Notes: a model not told the origin generated them from the sequence alone. Positions 26,388 to 39,500 are shown, counted from the stretch's first letter. The stretch: DNA of 64,000 nucleotides from Marsupella aquatica (GCA_973895155.1 OZ316897.1:4620211-4684210), one strand, 5' to 3'. Program-made: numbers and translations.

Positions 26388-26401
26388 TCGTGCTGATAAC
26401 G
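26388..26401 (-). promoter_or_regulatory. Primer-binding site complementary to the 5' half of tRNA-Ile (anticodon arm)
   Basis: Minus strand CGTTATCAGCACGA lies immediately 3' of the LTR. Plus strand TCGTGCTGATAACG matches the recalled plant tRNA-Ile(AAU) anticodon arm TCGTGCTAATAACG, with G at the inosine-34 position. Confidence 0.75.
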
Positions 26402-26526
26402 TGTCGTGAGGTAATGAGTCTCCAACGGACCTTCTAGTCCGGGAGGTTTTATATATAGGTGTATGTATCATGTACACCCCTGGTTAGGGTGACTTAACCA
26501 GGGTAAATGGTGACTGGATTATAACA
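26402..26526 (-). repeat. 5' LTR (125 bp) of the copia element
   Basis: Minus strand reads TGTTATAA...TCACGACA (TG..CA ends), contains CCTATATATAAAA (TATA), and directly abuts the PBS. Confidence 0.8.
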
Positions 26527-27182
26527 AAATGAGCCTTTTTTTTTTAGTGGCAAAAATTTGCCAAAATCCACCTCCCCAAAAAAGCTTTTACCATTCTGGC
26601 CAAAAATTTGCTATTAGTGTGTTGTCTCATTAGCCAGTGTCCCGCCTAATCATAGGTCCCACTAGCCAGAATCTAACAGTCATACCAAATCTAGAGAGAT
26701 ACGGAGATCTGACGGTCAAGGAAAATACTCAGATAACGAATATTTTGATAGGAGCATCTTCTCCTTCACAATCATACTTTGGCGAAAAAATAAAAGCCTT
26801 AAAAAATAAGTGTTTCAAATGCCCGCTTCAAAGATGATCTTCGAGTGATGGGTGATCGAAAGAGTAGAGTCAAAAGCACTTGACTCTGGTTCTGGCGATG
26901 CCTGGTGGATATGCAGTGGTGCGAGAGACTAGAGTTGACGACGACGTCCCGAGAGATTTGCTTTGAAGTGCAGGCATTGGAGAGGGTGCCGCTGGAGAAG
27001 ATCGCTAGATGTGAAAGAGGTTGGGAGAAATTTCGTGGAGTTCGATTGATTGTCTGTGCTCCAGCTTTCCGCCGTCATTTCTGCACCGGGGGTTGGGAAC
27101 GTCGAACGAACAGGACCTGACTGGCCATGCAGGCATTTTTTGCTCCATCGCTCTCATGGGGTGAGAAAAGCTGGAGAGGATA

Positions 27183-30100
27183 ATGCTGTCCATGCCTGTG
27201 AGAAAGATCTACGTTCTTCGCTCCTCTCTGGTCTATCGCGTTTCCCTCAACACCTCGGCGGCCATGAGAATTGCAAACCTTTGTCCCTTACGCGGCAGCA
27301 GCGGTGTCTGGACATTGCCACAGCAACAGCAGGACAAAAGACTCATGAACGCCATCATGACTCAAACTATGGCCGCGCATTGCCAGGGTTTAGGACTCAC
27401 CACCACGAACGGCGGCAGAAACCTCTACACCGGCAGGGCCCGTGTATCTAGTTGGGTGACCTTTGCTAATCTATCATCTTCATCATCATCAGCGTCGTCG
27501 TCTCGCAGTAATAGTGACGATGGAGCCATTTCCCAAGTTGAGCCCGCTGCGTGGATTCTCCGGAAGGGCAAGATGGTAAGGGATGGCCAGCCATTGTTTC
27601 AAGATTTCCTCGAGCAAGGCCCCTCCCCTGCCCTCGTGAATTCAGTGTAAGTCCTTGCTCTGTCCTTGCTCTCCGACTTTTTGTTGATTGCACTCAGATG
27701 ATTGAATTCAATTGAGAAGGTTGCAGTTTGGCCTAACATTCTTTACTATTGCCCGAGGTTATTTCTCAACGCATCTATTTCCAAGTAACTATAGTGAGAA
27801 GAAGAATGATGACATCGAATTGGAAGTGACGAAATGAACGAATGAGACTCGTATCGATTCTATCTAGGGTTGTGGATCCCTAAAAGAAAATCTATGAGAA
27901 GAATTACACAGAGCAATAGAAGGAGGAAATATTGCTCAGCAGGAGGATGGGATTGAACTACTTATATACTGCAGCAGAAGAATTGGATTGGATTTGAAGA
28001 GAAAAACAGAAAACGAGTGTGACTTCTGCTGATCCATCTTAATAAGAAAGCTGTGGGAAGTTCTCACATAGTGCAGAAGAACGATGAAATTGGTTTGGAA
28101 GAGAAACAAATAAGCACATTGGGCTTCCGTTATTCCATCCAGGGATTTTGAGAAGAAAGTACTTTACAGGGAGAAGGATGAGGCTGGATTGGAAGATAGA
28201 AATGAACAAATGATTGTGATTTTGCCAAGATTTAAAGGATTTAACGGACTTTGTCGTGTTGGTAAAAGGTGAATGCCCTCATGCCCACAAAGCCATTGAT
28301 TGTGCGTTGCGTCAGGAAGTGCAAAAATACAAGCCAAAGGCAATGAGTGGCTGCGAAGTAGAGAGTTATGGAAATAGATCAGTTTGTCTGCTCTGGACGA
28401 CCTTTTGAGATGTTTTTAATTCTTTATATATACCTTTGGAAAATGCTGGAAGCCAACAAACTGACATCGTCCTATCCCTGTTAGGGGAGCCGACAGGATT
28501 CAGTTATATCAAATAACAAGTCTCCAAAATCTCGTAAAGTTACAGCATGAATGCAAATCTGGAAGTGTAACAAATCTGGGCAGGAGACGAGGATACTAAC
28601 TAGCCACACAACTTCCCTCTGTCTCAAAAACAGATTGGTCTTTACAAGATAGAGTGGCCCAGGATGACCATCGAGGCCCTGATATACTTCTTTTTTGTCT
28701 ACAGTGCCACCAATGTGCCGTATCTGTCAGAGGCAGAAAGCAAGAGCACGGTCAAAAAGGGTCGCATGTACGTGGAAACTTATGGATGCCAAATGAACGT
28801 GAATGATATGGAAATTGTTCTGGCTATCATGAAGGATGCGGGCTACACAGAAATTGTGGATCAACCAGATCAGGCAGATATAATATTTATCAACACTTGT
28901 GCAATCCGGGATAATGCAGAGAGCAAAGTGTGGCAAAGGCTTAGTGTTTTCAAGCACATGAAGAAGTACTGGAATCGGAATGTAGTGAGCTCTCAAACAA
29001 GGTCGAGGTTCCCACCAAAGGTTGCAGTGCTTGGGTGTATGGCAGAGAGATTGAAGGTGAAGCTTCTTGAAGCTGAGAAGATGGTGGATGTGGTCTGTGG
29101 TCCGGACGCTTATAGGGATCTTCCACGCTTGCTAGCCCTTGTGGATGAAGGTCAAACAGGGATCAATACTCTTCTATCCTTAGAAGAAACATATGCAGAT
29201 GTCTCACCTGTAAGACTGTCAACCAATTCAATATCCGCTTTTGTGTCCATCATGCGTGGGTGCAATAACATGTGCTCTTTCTGTATTGTGCCCTTTACTC
29301 GTGGAAGAGAGAGGTCAAGACCAGTTGATTCTATCGTCAGAGAGGTCGGTGAACTGTGGGATCAGGGTGTAAAAGAAGTGGTGCTGTTGGGCCAGAACGT
29401 GAACAGTTATAATGATATATCTGGTAACATCGTGGAGGGATACGATGGAAGGTGGTTGGAGCAGAATGCTCTACAGGCATCTCTCCAGACCTCTAGAAAC
29501 CTCCTCAGCCCCGGGTTTACAACCATCTCCAAAGTCAAAGAGGTTGGACTAACATTTGCCCACTTGCTCGATTGCTTGTCAGTTCGATTTCCTGGCATGC
29601 GGTTCCGCTTCACTTCTCCACACCCAAAGCACTTTCCACAGGAATTACTTTATTTGATGAAGGACCGCCCAAATATATGTAAAGCCATTCACCTACCAGC
29701 TCAAAGTGGTAGCTCTAAAGTTCTGGAAAGAATGCGGAGAGGATACACTCGGGAAGCATATTTGGCTCTTGTAAAGCAGATACGGTCTATTCTTCCCGAT
29801 TCAAGCATAACGAGTGACTTCATCACTGGTAAACCGACCCATCTGTTCTCTACTGTCCACCAGTTTTTTGTACATACCTTTTTCAATTGGTGGATGCCAT
29901 ATCTTAGACCATATGCGGACTGGTTTAACGCGCATTTCAGACTGGTCTATCGCGGTTGCAGGAGTTCTCCAATGGCACACCTGGTCTGCCGGGGTGCTTT
30001 TTCTGAGTAATGACTTGCTAGTATCAGGAACGGAAGCTGTATGGTGGCTGGCTTATGGGATGGATTGTTGTTTTAACTCGTGTGTTTTTAACTTTTGCCA

Positions 30101-30704
30101 AGTCACTAAGCTATTGCGAGTGGTTCATATAGGATTTTGCGGAGAGACAGACGAAGATCATGCAGAAACTTTGAGTCTTGTGGAAGCCGTGGGGTATGAC
30201 ATGGCATACATGTTTGCCTACAGCATGCGCGACAAAACACACGCACACCACAATTATGAGGATGATGTTCCAGAGCCTGTCAAACAACGGAGATTAGCAG
30301 AACTTATTGATACCTTTAGAAGAACAACCGGTCCCAACTATGAAGCCCAACTTGGCTCTACCCAGCTTGTATTGATAGAGGGTCCAAGCAAGAGAAATCC
30401 AGACGAGCTATCTGGGCGAAACGATAGGGGTCATAAAGTAGTAGTGAAGAATGTTCTTGTTGTGCATGCATTGTCTGAGTCTCAGGGCCAAGATACTACT
30501 CAAGTGATGTGTGATGATACCACTGAGTGTAACCTGAACTTCGACGATGAGTCGAAAGTGTACCTGAAAGCAGGAGATTTTGCAGAAGTTAGAATTGTAG
30601 GGACAACTTTAGCTTCCCTGAAGGGATGGCCATTAGCGCGAACAACTTTGACAGAGTACTACAGTCAATTCAGTGCTCTGCAACCTGTAACCACGGCTGC
30701 ATAA
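27183..30704 (+). CDS. CDK5RAP1: CDK5RAP1-like / MiaB-type tRNA-2-methylthio-N6-dimethylallyladenosine synthase (radical SAM, UPF0004 + TRAM), probably organelle-targeted
   Basis: Exons 27183-27646 (Ser/Arg-rich transit-peptide-like), 28705-29828 and 30133-30704, with matching phases. Motifs [49 protein letters not shown] (CxxxCxxC), [31 protein letters not shown]|[13 protein letters not shown], and a C-terminal TRAM-like region. Confidence 0.95.
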
Positions 30705-30821
30705 ATGTTCAACCCATAATCTGCTAGTCTGAAATGTCTTACTGAGGCTAATTGTGTCAAAATGCAAATATGGTCAATGACAAAGTTAACGATGTTGCTG
30801 AAAAACGTTGACCCAGCTAAT

Positions 30822-31783
30822 GTGTAGCATTTCACCTAAGTGAACATGAGAGATAAAATTGATGGGTGAAGATTTATGTCATCTGCCTCGGCTCACTCAA
30901 GATGCTGCCTATCTCATTACGGAACGATCGGAAAACGATCTTTTCGTTTTTAAAACTGCAATGAACGATTGATAGGTTTATGGGTGGGCTGCTACAAATG
31001 AGTTGGCGGGCAAAGGTTCAGTTCCTAAGAAATATCCTAGTCAGCGTTGATCCAAGTGAACATTCGGATGCAGATGGGTGAAGATTTCAGTTGCACGTCT
31101 CACTCAAGACATTGCATACGTCGTTTGAGGGTGCGCTTCCCACAAATGCGTTCATGGGCGAAGGTTCACTTCCTAAGAAATATCCAAGTTAAGGCGCTGA
31201 TCCAGGTTAGTTATATTTTCGCCGATTGAACACGCAGGACGAGTTGATGAGTGAAGATTTCAGTTGCTACTTTTCCTGTAACTGTAAATAGAAATTGCGT
31301 GTAGCATTTCACCTAAGTGAACATGAGAGATAAAATTGATGGGTGAAGATTTATGTCATCTGCCTCGGCTCACTCAAGATGCTGCCTATCTCATTACGGA
31401 ACGATCGGAAAACGATCTTTTCGTTTTTAAAACTGCAATGAACGATTGATAGGTTTATGGGTGGGCTGCTACAAATGAGTTGGCGGGCAAAGGTTCAGTT
31501 CCTAAGAAATATCCTAGTCAGCGTTGATCCAAGTGAACATTCGGATGCAGATGGGTGAAGATTTCAGTTGCACGTCTCACTCAAGACATTGCATACGTCG
31601 TTTGAGGGTGCGCTTCCCACAAATGCGTTCATGGGCGAAGGTTCACTTCCTAAGAAATATCCAAGTTAAGGCGCTGATCCAGGTTAGTTATATTTTCGCC
31701 GATTGAACACGCAGGACGAGTTGATGAGTGAAGATTTCAGTTGCTACTTTTCCTGTAACTGTAAATAGAAATTGCGTGTAGCA
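30822..31783. repeat. Apparently perfect 477-bp tandem duplication
   Basis: Units start at 30822 and 31299. Identical 60-aa ORFs at 31047 and 31524. The 8-mer gtgtagca appears at 30822, 31299 and 31776. Confidence 0.95.
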
Positions 31784-33968
31784 AAATACACACGGAATAT
31801 ACCAAAAATCCACTTGATCTTTGAGACTCAATGAAAAAACCAAGAATGGGAAAGGAGCGACTCACTCAAGAGTTTGCATACCCCGTTATGGGAAACTGAC
31901 ATACTGCAATCAACTATTAACAGGTTTGAGAGTGGGCTTGCTATACCCGAGTTGATGGGTGAATATTTCTTTCTTGATATAAATCAGAGAGCATACTATA
32001 TCCTCGCCCTTGAGCTATTCAGATCAGACAAGTTTAAGGGCCTTCAGGCATAATGATGCGTGCCTAAGCATGGTAGATTTCCTCTTAACACTACTGTAAT
32101 GCGTTTCACATTAGTGATACTCAAGCTTTCCTAAGGCATGGAGCTCCCGCAATGTATGGTTCAGATGTTCATTACCACTTCCTTGTCTGCAGCCCAGGAC
32201 GAAGAAATTGAGCTGTTACTGTTTCTGAAGATTCGGCTTACCTGTTCCATCAGTGCCAATAACTGGCTGTACGCTGTCCTTCAAGCTATTTCTATTTGAG
32301 GTTGAATCTCGACGAGCTGAATCAAAATACTGCAAAATTTTCTCTTGACCTTGCTCTCAAAGTATCGCCATTCAATCTGGTTAGTTCAGGACAACAGTTG
32401 CCACTCCAATAGCTTGCAAATTCCAATTTGCTGGCCAGCTCACGAAAGCTTGCCTCCTAGTAGTGGATCACATTTGGCTCAACTCACTTACGGTCAGAAC
32501 ATCAGTATGGAAAATTGACGCACTGCAGTCCACGAACAAGAGGATCAGGGGTGGGCTTGCTTTTAAACTAATTGATGGGTTAAGATTTATTTATGGAAAA
32601 AAATCCATCTGAAAGAAAACACTTTCTCCTAGCCATTGGGCTGTTCGATCAGAGAAATTTCTGGGCCTTGTGTGGGAATGGCCCGAGCGCAACCCTTGTA
32701 GATTTCTTTTCGAAACTACCGTAATACGTTTCGCACATCAGACTCAATAAGCATTGGCAGGTACGGAGCTCTTTCAACATATGGTTCTGCTGTTGGTTAC
32801 CATTTCCTTGTAGGGTTCCTTGTCACAGTTCAAGAGCAGCTTAAGAAGATTGAAGTTCATCCATTGCTACTGTTTCTGAGGAGTCGGCTTCTCTGTTCCA
32901 TCAATGCCAATAACTGGCTGTAGACTGTCTTTCAGCTGTTTTATACGAGGTGGAAAGCCGGACAAGCTGCATCAGGTTACTGCACAAATCTCTGCTTAGC
33001 TAGCTCAGAGTATCCGCATTCAATTCGGTTGTATGGTTCAGGCCCAGTTGCTGCTTCAAGATCTAGGAATTTCCAACTCGCTGGAAAGCTTGCGCTGGAG
33101 CTTCGTAACACTGAATCAATTTAATTTTCCTCGACTCACTCAGCGCATTCTGCGTTTGAGAAACTGACGTATCTTGTTGGCAATCGAAGGTCAATATGTT
33201 GGTGGTGTTTTCTCCCCCTCGCGGGCTACCCTCTCCACTGTACCACCTTTCTTTATGTTTAATAAGTCCGATTTTCAAGGAAAACGACAAAAAGGCTCTC
33301 GGGTATTTGCAAAATCCACTAAAGTTAATGAAGATTGAAGAACTGCTCGAAGTAGGCGTTCCTCCGAAGCAAATAGTCTGTAAAGCTGTAAATATTTTTG
33401 GGATACCTGAGTGATGAAATTCTGTCCGAACTCCAACAAAGTATCTTGCACTGTCATGATAAAAGTATATTTCTTTCAAGAATTATCGAGGATTTTAACT
33501 GACGCCGCAGACAGCAGTACAGGTGGTGAGTCCATATTCCTCATCTCGTTGACAAGATGTAGCTAGAGCTAGCTGCTGCCGAGCTAGACTACAGTGGCTT
33601 GACAACCACTGCCAACTGTGACAGTGAGATTGTCAATACCGATGTAACAAGTAATGACTCGAGAGGTGACAATACTCTCGCAATCTGCGCAGCTGGTGAA
33701 AGTCCACTGATAAGGCTCACTCAAGGTCTCAAACGAGCTGGTGGGTAAATTTTCGTTATCGCTGAGATTTGAGAGCTTGCAGGCCACAGAGATAGCTTAT
33801 GGCTATTGTACCTGATTGTTGTACCTCAGGACCTTGAAATTTTCGTTCTGGGAGAGCTTTGTTAGGACATCTGGAAATTGGCAGTTGCTGTTCTAATTTT
33901 CCACAGGAATAGTTAAAGTTTGTGCGGTGATCACAGTCAAGTTGGTCCCCATCCTCGACGCTATCCAA
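30840..33968 (-). pseudogene. Possible highly decayed leucine-rich-repeat coding region
   Basis: Minus-strand fragments SCGKLEQQLPISRCPNKALPE, KLSNLSDNENLPTSSFETLSE, YSQLLALME, LDIS*ELNL, and recurrent NLHPSI (plus strand gatgggtgaagattt) resemble plant LxxLPxSI/F-type LRRs. Many stops. Confidence 0.35.
31920..33100. repeat. Older diverged ~620-650-bp tandem duplication
   Basis: Paired motifs gtgggcttgct..ttgatgggt (31932/32551), cta.tgtaat.cgtttc, and gtttctga.ga.tcggctt..ctgttccatca.tgccaataactggctgta (32221/32872). Confidence 0.8.
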
Positions 33969-36072
33969 TACTGTTCAAAGTTTAGATGCCTGCGTTTATA
34001 AGGTGTTTTAGTTTTGTATAAGGAAAAATGAAAAATGAGGTACTTTAAGAGCCTGATTGGTAGAAAGATGGAAATTGCCCAGCCGCAGATTTCATTTTGA
34101 GCGTCTCGCTAGATATCTACGATGAAGGGAACGCCAACTTTCTCTTTGACACTTTCACAGCCGAAACTGGACAGATGTCTCGTCACATGGAAACCCCCAA
34201 AGCCGTTACTTCACAGACTTCCCAAGAACAGGCATTATTATTGTTTATACATGTTTCAGCCCACGAACCAATCCGAAACTGTACACGTAGGATTCGAACT
34301 CTACGCACAGGCAGACCGTCACCCGAAGTGAAGTAGCATTTGACGGAAAAGGCTCCACCAGAAGTGCAACGTCGCTCGAAATAATCCCCAATAAAGTTCC
34401 CTGAGGTAATATTACTCTCGGGAATGCGCAGAAAGGTTTGCTTTTTGCCGCAAACTGGTAAATCTCAGGTCATCAGGAGTCGTTTGGATAGAGTTCTCTT
34501 ACTTGTCTCCTGTGAGAACAGTTTCTACTGTTTCTGTGTTCCTTGCTATCATTGTCGCATTGGGGCAATGGTCCAGTTGACATCAATCGTAAGTTGCATA
34601 GCTCTGACGAATCCCTACCACAACCATAGGGTAAAGGAAACTGTAGAGAGTTGAGAATTGTGCCGATAGCTTGTAGCTTGGCATGCCCGACAAAGTAGAC
34701 CACCCAGTCTGCCCCTGCACTCATTATTCGCTTGCCTGCTGCCCCTGGTGCCAGGTACCGTTGTCGACGCAGCCTCAAATCTCCACTACAGTAGCTCCCT
34801 TTCTTTCCTTTTCCTTGAAAATTTCGCTCAATTACATTAAAAGTGAAACAGTATACAGCTGGGTAGCTCTCGGTCTCCATTACGATAATATGCACTAAAG
34901 TAAAATAATAGAGGCACTGATGGTTTTTGAATGGACCGCCGAGCACTGCACAGCTAGCTAACGATCTACAGTAGATACATTCCTGCTGGCTTGCAGGCTG
35001 GGTAGCTCATCACAGGAAACGAGAAAGGTTTGTCAATGACAAACACCTTCCAAAAGGTGTGGCGTTAGTTTTGCGCTCGCTTTATTGGTATCCTACAGTA
35101 GTAATTGGGACCACGACCACCTAATTGAAGCTCATCAAACCGACCCTACAGCAGCTAGCCTGAAGCAGGGCAGACGGAACCAGTAGTAATAATAAAAGCT
35201 GCAGTGAGGGCCTTCGTTCTTTGATAGGGTCTGCGCCTTTTATTCACCCCTCCTCTCCTTCCCACTCTCTCTCATCTGTCTACCATAAAAGATTTGTTGA
35301 GAGCTGGGTTCTGACTCTTGCCCCTTATCTCTATAGTCGTGCACCGCTTTGCCTTTCCACCTCACTCCAATCATCGCCTTCAGCTTTAATACAGTTCAAT
35401 TACCTTCCGAGTTCCGACTCGTCAATCCACTTCGACCCAATCGATTAGTTCTAGATTGGTCCTGTCAATCCTATGCAGCTTGTGTAGCTACGGTAGCTTG
35501 CGGCAGGCTGACCAGTCCTGATTGACAAGAATTCCTGTGCTCTGCTTGGAGAACGCGCTCGGTCGCGCTGCAACAATTGCAACTCCGGTGGGACCATCAT
35601 TCTACGCGAAGCAGTCATCGGGCGAATTTGGGATCCACGAAGAAGTACCGACCTTTAGACTAACCGATCCTACGAACTCCATTGAATGGCGATTCCTTCA
35701 ATCTGGGCCTACCTCATCAACCGAACAATAGATCACTCGATGCGATTTCGCTAGGGACAACTGGCTTTGGAGCTACTTCATCGAGACCTTTCTGCTGCTC
35801 CCCCCTGCCCCGGTCCAATACCTTCGCTTCCCCGGCCCTTCTTCGTTGACGCAACGACGCCGTCTCGCAGTCCCACAGTCCCACAGTCCCAATTCTGCAG
35901 GGGATTTTCCAATTGTTCGCCTCCGAGCCGTCCTTTATCATTGCTTTTCGCCTCTCTGGCCCCTCCACTGAAATTCCTCTTTGTGACATCAATTACTCTT
36001 CGTGACACTCGTGCTTTTCGCCTATCTGGGCCTCTAGTCAAGTTACTCTTGGTGTCTTGGTGACGCTCCTCC

Positions 36073-36500
36073 TACACATGTGGGCCTTACATGAGGGCAA
36101 CACTTTTGTGCCATTTACCCCAAGCTCTACTTTTCACTTTGTTACAAATGTGGGCCTTACATCATGAGCGCAACACTCTTGTGCCATCTACCCCAAGCTC
36201 TACATTTCAGTTCGTTACACATGTGGGCCTTACATGAGGCAAAACTCTTGTGCCATTTACCCCAAGCTCTACTTTTTCAGTTTGTTACACATGTGGGCCT
36301 TACATGAGGGCAACACTCTTGTGCCATTTACCCCAAGCTCTACTTTTCAGTTTGTTATACATGTGGGCTTTACATGAGGGCAACACTCTTGGGCCATTTA
36401 CCCCAAGCTCTTCTTTTCACTTCGTTACACATGTGGGCCTTACATGTGGGCAACACTCATTTGTGCCATTTACCCAAAGCTCTCCTTTTCAGTTTGTTAC
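36073..36500. repeat. ~67-bp minisatellite, about 6 copies
   Basis: The unit tacacatgtgggccttacatgagggcaacactcttgtgccatttaccccaagctctacttttcagtttgt repeats head-to-tail with no unique spacers. Confidence 0.95.
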
Positions 36501-39500
36501 TCAATAGGGCTTGAGTTCCTTTGCAATAGGGCTATAGTTCTTTTGGCTCTTATTGTCTCGATTCTAAGGCTTTTTGGCGTTCCTGGATTCTTACCATGTT
36601 TTACCCCTTTATTCGGTCTTAGAGGGGCTCTTCTGTTTGCGATCCGGTCGCTGTCTACATTCTAAGGTTTTTTTGCTCTTTGGTGTTCCTGGATTTTTCC
36701 TTGTGTTTCCCCCTTTATTGGGGCTTATATCCCTGTTGGACCCCTTTGCTCTTTGGCAGGCAAAAGGACCCAGCAAAGTACAAAGGAGCAAAGTAAAAGA
36801 GGTCCATAGAGAACACAACCCAAATTCATAGGAAACAAAATTAGGGACACATGGACTGGTGGGTTGACTATGAAGCCTAATGTGTATGTAACCAGGGTTG
36901 AGAACCAAAGAGAGTTTTTGCAAGTCAGAGCCACTCTGACCAAATGAATATTTGTGCTCCTCTCCCACCTTTCTGTGTGTATCTGTCTGAGGCATTTACT
37001 TTTGAGATACAATTACTGTGTAAGTTAGTCAGGTACTCTATCAAGGTTAGATATGCTACTTAGTCTATAAACAAGCTAGAGTGAGCTTGTTAGTTTAACT
37101 TAGACTCATTGTTATGACGTTGTTTGAGAGGCAAGGAAAGTTTACTTGAATAGAGATAGGGAAAGTTTACGTTAGAGAGACTTTGGTATGACTGATAGGT
37201 CTAGAGTGCAATGAAGTTCTCTTGTGTGTTTCCATGGATGTGGTCTTCAGGGGTCGGGCAAGGAGTTTGGCATATCTCTTGTGTTGACTAGTTGCTCATT
37301 GGATGTTTCATATGAGGATGTTGTCTATGAGCGTCCATTGCTCAAAATTTTGAAACAGAAACACCGGGAGAAACACCCAATCAACTAACTGATTTACCTT
37401 CTTTAGAGTGAGCCCTTTAAGCACTTTACTGCTAACCCCTTTGGACCAGGAATGTGGAATGTGTAACTCTTCCATTGTGTAACATAGAAGGGGCAATCAA
37501 AACTTAATTGAAGAATTTAAGTTCTTACATAATTCAAGAGGGATCCATCTCCACAAATCTTCTGACCAGGAATGTGGAAGTGTACATTTATTGTTCACTT
37601 GCACTCAGTTTATCATCACTCCTAAAATATAATTCTGGATCTCCAACAATTTTGATGAGACTTATGCCAGCCCATAGCTAAAGATGCTTGTAGTGCTTGC
37701 ATTAACTACGGTATTTGTTGTCCTTCACCTTAAGCATCTTCACTCTTGGTCCTTGTGGGTTTTATTCACACTTATGGGCTTTTTGCTTCCACAAACTATT
37801 CTTCTTAATGTCTATTTATATTGGATTTTTAATTCAAACAATAAATCCTGACATAGGACTTGTGAAATTAGAGATGAAGGGTCTCACCACAGTACTTGGT
37901 ATGTAGACTGATTCCCATCATTCCCTGTCAAATTTCAAAATTGGAAGTGATTATGCAATTCAATTCATGAGAGAAATGTAAGGCATTAAATTTTACTCTT
38001 AGCTCTAGAGTTACTATGTAACCACAGTTAGTCAAACCGTAATAAGATAGTGAGTGGGACTCACACGCATTGTTATGGAGCCAGTTGGGAGATAGGGAGA
38101 GTTTAGTCTATGGAGACTCAATATGTTTATTGGCTTAGAGTTAAGTAAAACTCTCTTGTGTGTTCCATTGGAAGTAATCTCTAGTGAGATGAACCACGCA
38201 TCGATTACTTGTGCATTCAGTGGATGTCGCTTATGTGCATGAAGACTTATGAGTAATGGTAACTTTACTCAACAAGCATACCGCCCTAGTCAATTGTCTC
38301 CTATGGCTTTTTGCAATCTGGCTCTTCTTTCTCATGGTCTTTTGACTCACAATATCATAGAGAATATTCAGCTAGTTCATTCCCGTCAAGGTTTTTTGTG
38401 CTTGTGGTCCATGGGAGCACCTTATTCTAGTCAATTCAAATTTAAAATATGTTATTAGGCTCACACAAATATATACACGTATAGTAATATAATTCATCTA
38501 TTCTAGTCTAGACAGAGTAAAATGCAATCGGGCTCTTTCTTTCTCATGGTCTGTTTCCACAATCGGGTTCCCAATGTCATCTTGGCAGGAAACCTCCCTT
38601 GTTGTTGGATTATGGTGACATCTTTTCCACTCACAACCCATCATTCTCCCTGTAGCTTGTAAACTCCTTTAAATCCAATTGCCAAGCTGATTTGCCACCT
38701 CCCTGCAGTGTCGGCAATGTCCTAATGTCTGGCCCAGCCATTTTTTTTGTTTTTAAACATTAGCCAAGGTGGCTACTATTTTACCCTACAGACAAGCATA
38801 GGTCTGGTTATGGAGTATTTCTTGGCTGACACTCCCCCATAGTGTATTAGGTGGTGGCAAATGAAACATAAATGTTTAAATTTAAGCCTTAAGCCTAAGT
38901 ACCATTAGCCTGGCTGTCTTTTAGGTAAGTGATTGGTTAATTTTAGCCCATAAAAGAATGGCTGGTCTGGCCTACTCACTCATGCTTGCTGGAGAACATT
39001 TTCTCTCAATATCACTTACTATCCACACACAATGTATTGTGACATGAGTGGGCTAGTGGACTATATTTTGCACAAGTGAAACTTTAACCGTTCGAGAAAC
39101 TAAAACGTACTCTAAAATAAGTTTAGACAATGTGAACCTTGCTTCCCCCGTGCAAACCCATAATTAAGGGCTCCACAGAATGACAAGAATTGCGTCGTCA
39201 GCGAAGATTTAGGAGCATTGTTAGTGTGTGACTTTTGATTCAAAGGTTTTGGTTCCCTCGAGAAGAAGGTTGAGACGAGATTTGAAGTTGGACAAAGGAT
39301 GCGCGACAGGACGTTCGCGCTTAAGGGTTTTCAACGGGCATGCCGTTTGACTCTTACTAGCCTTTCTTCGCTCACCCCCCGAAATCCATACAGCGTGCCG
39401 TCAATTGCGAGAGAGTCAATTCGTTTTTGTTTTTGTTTTTTTAAGTTCTTCCTATCCTCCAACGCAACCGGGTGGGACACATCGTGGGGGATTGTGAACG

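Larger units (their letters stand above)
20694..26526 (-). mobile_element. Ty1/copia LTR retrotransposon, Bianca-like lineage; 3'-truncated in RNase H and inactivated
   Basis: Order: 5' LTR, PBS, gag (MTNLEKLNFPALEIDGGNYLEW, zinc knuckle CHACGMTNHLAKNC), protease (CIIDSATTH), integrase (LWHACLGHP..C..C, IIHADVCGP, RVDNAGEF, QNGLAE), RT (YKARLVGKG, LDVATAYLYG, LYGLKQSGR, YVDDL), RNase H (GYADAGY...SSNHSEILALHEA, then break). No 3' LTR seen. Confidence 0.95.

Noticed and set aside
29829-30132. CDK5RAP1 intron 2 is open in the exon-3 frame (ORF 29814-30704)
   Set aside because: Canonical GT-AG splicing restores the conserved SDFITGFCGET motif. The intron-encoded peptide shows no family resemblance, so the open frame is likely chance.
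36073-36500. CRISPR-like regular array (also the 43-44-bp arrays at 50-53 kb)
   Set aside because: Units repeat head-to-tail without unique spacers, there are no cas genes, and the context is eukaryotic. These are minisatellites.
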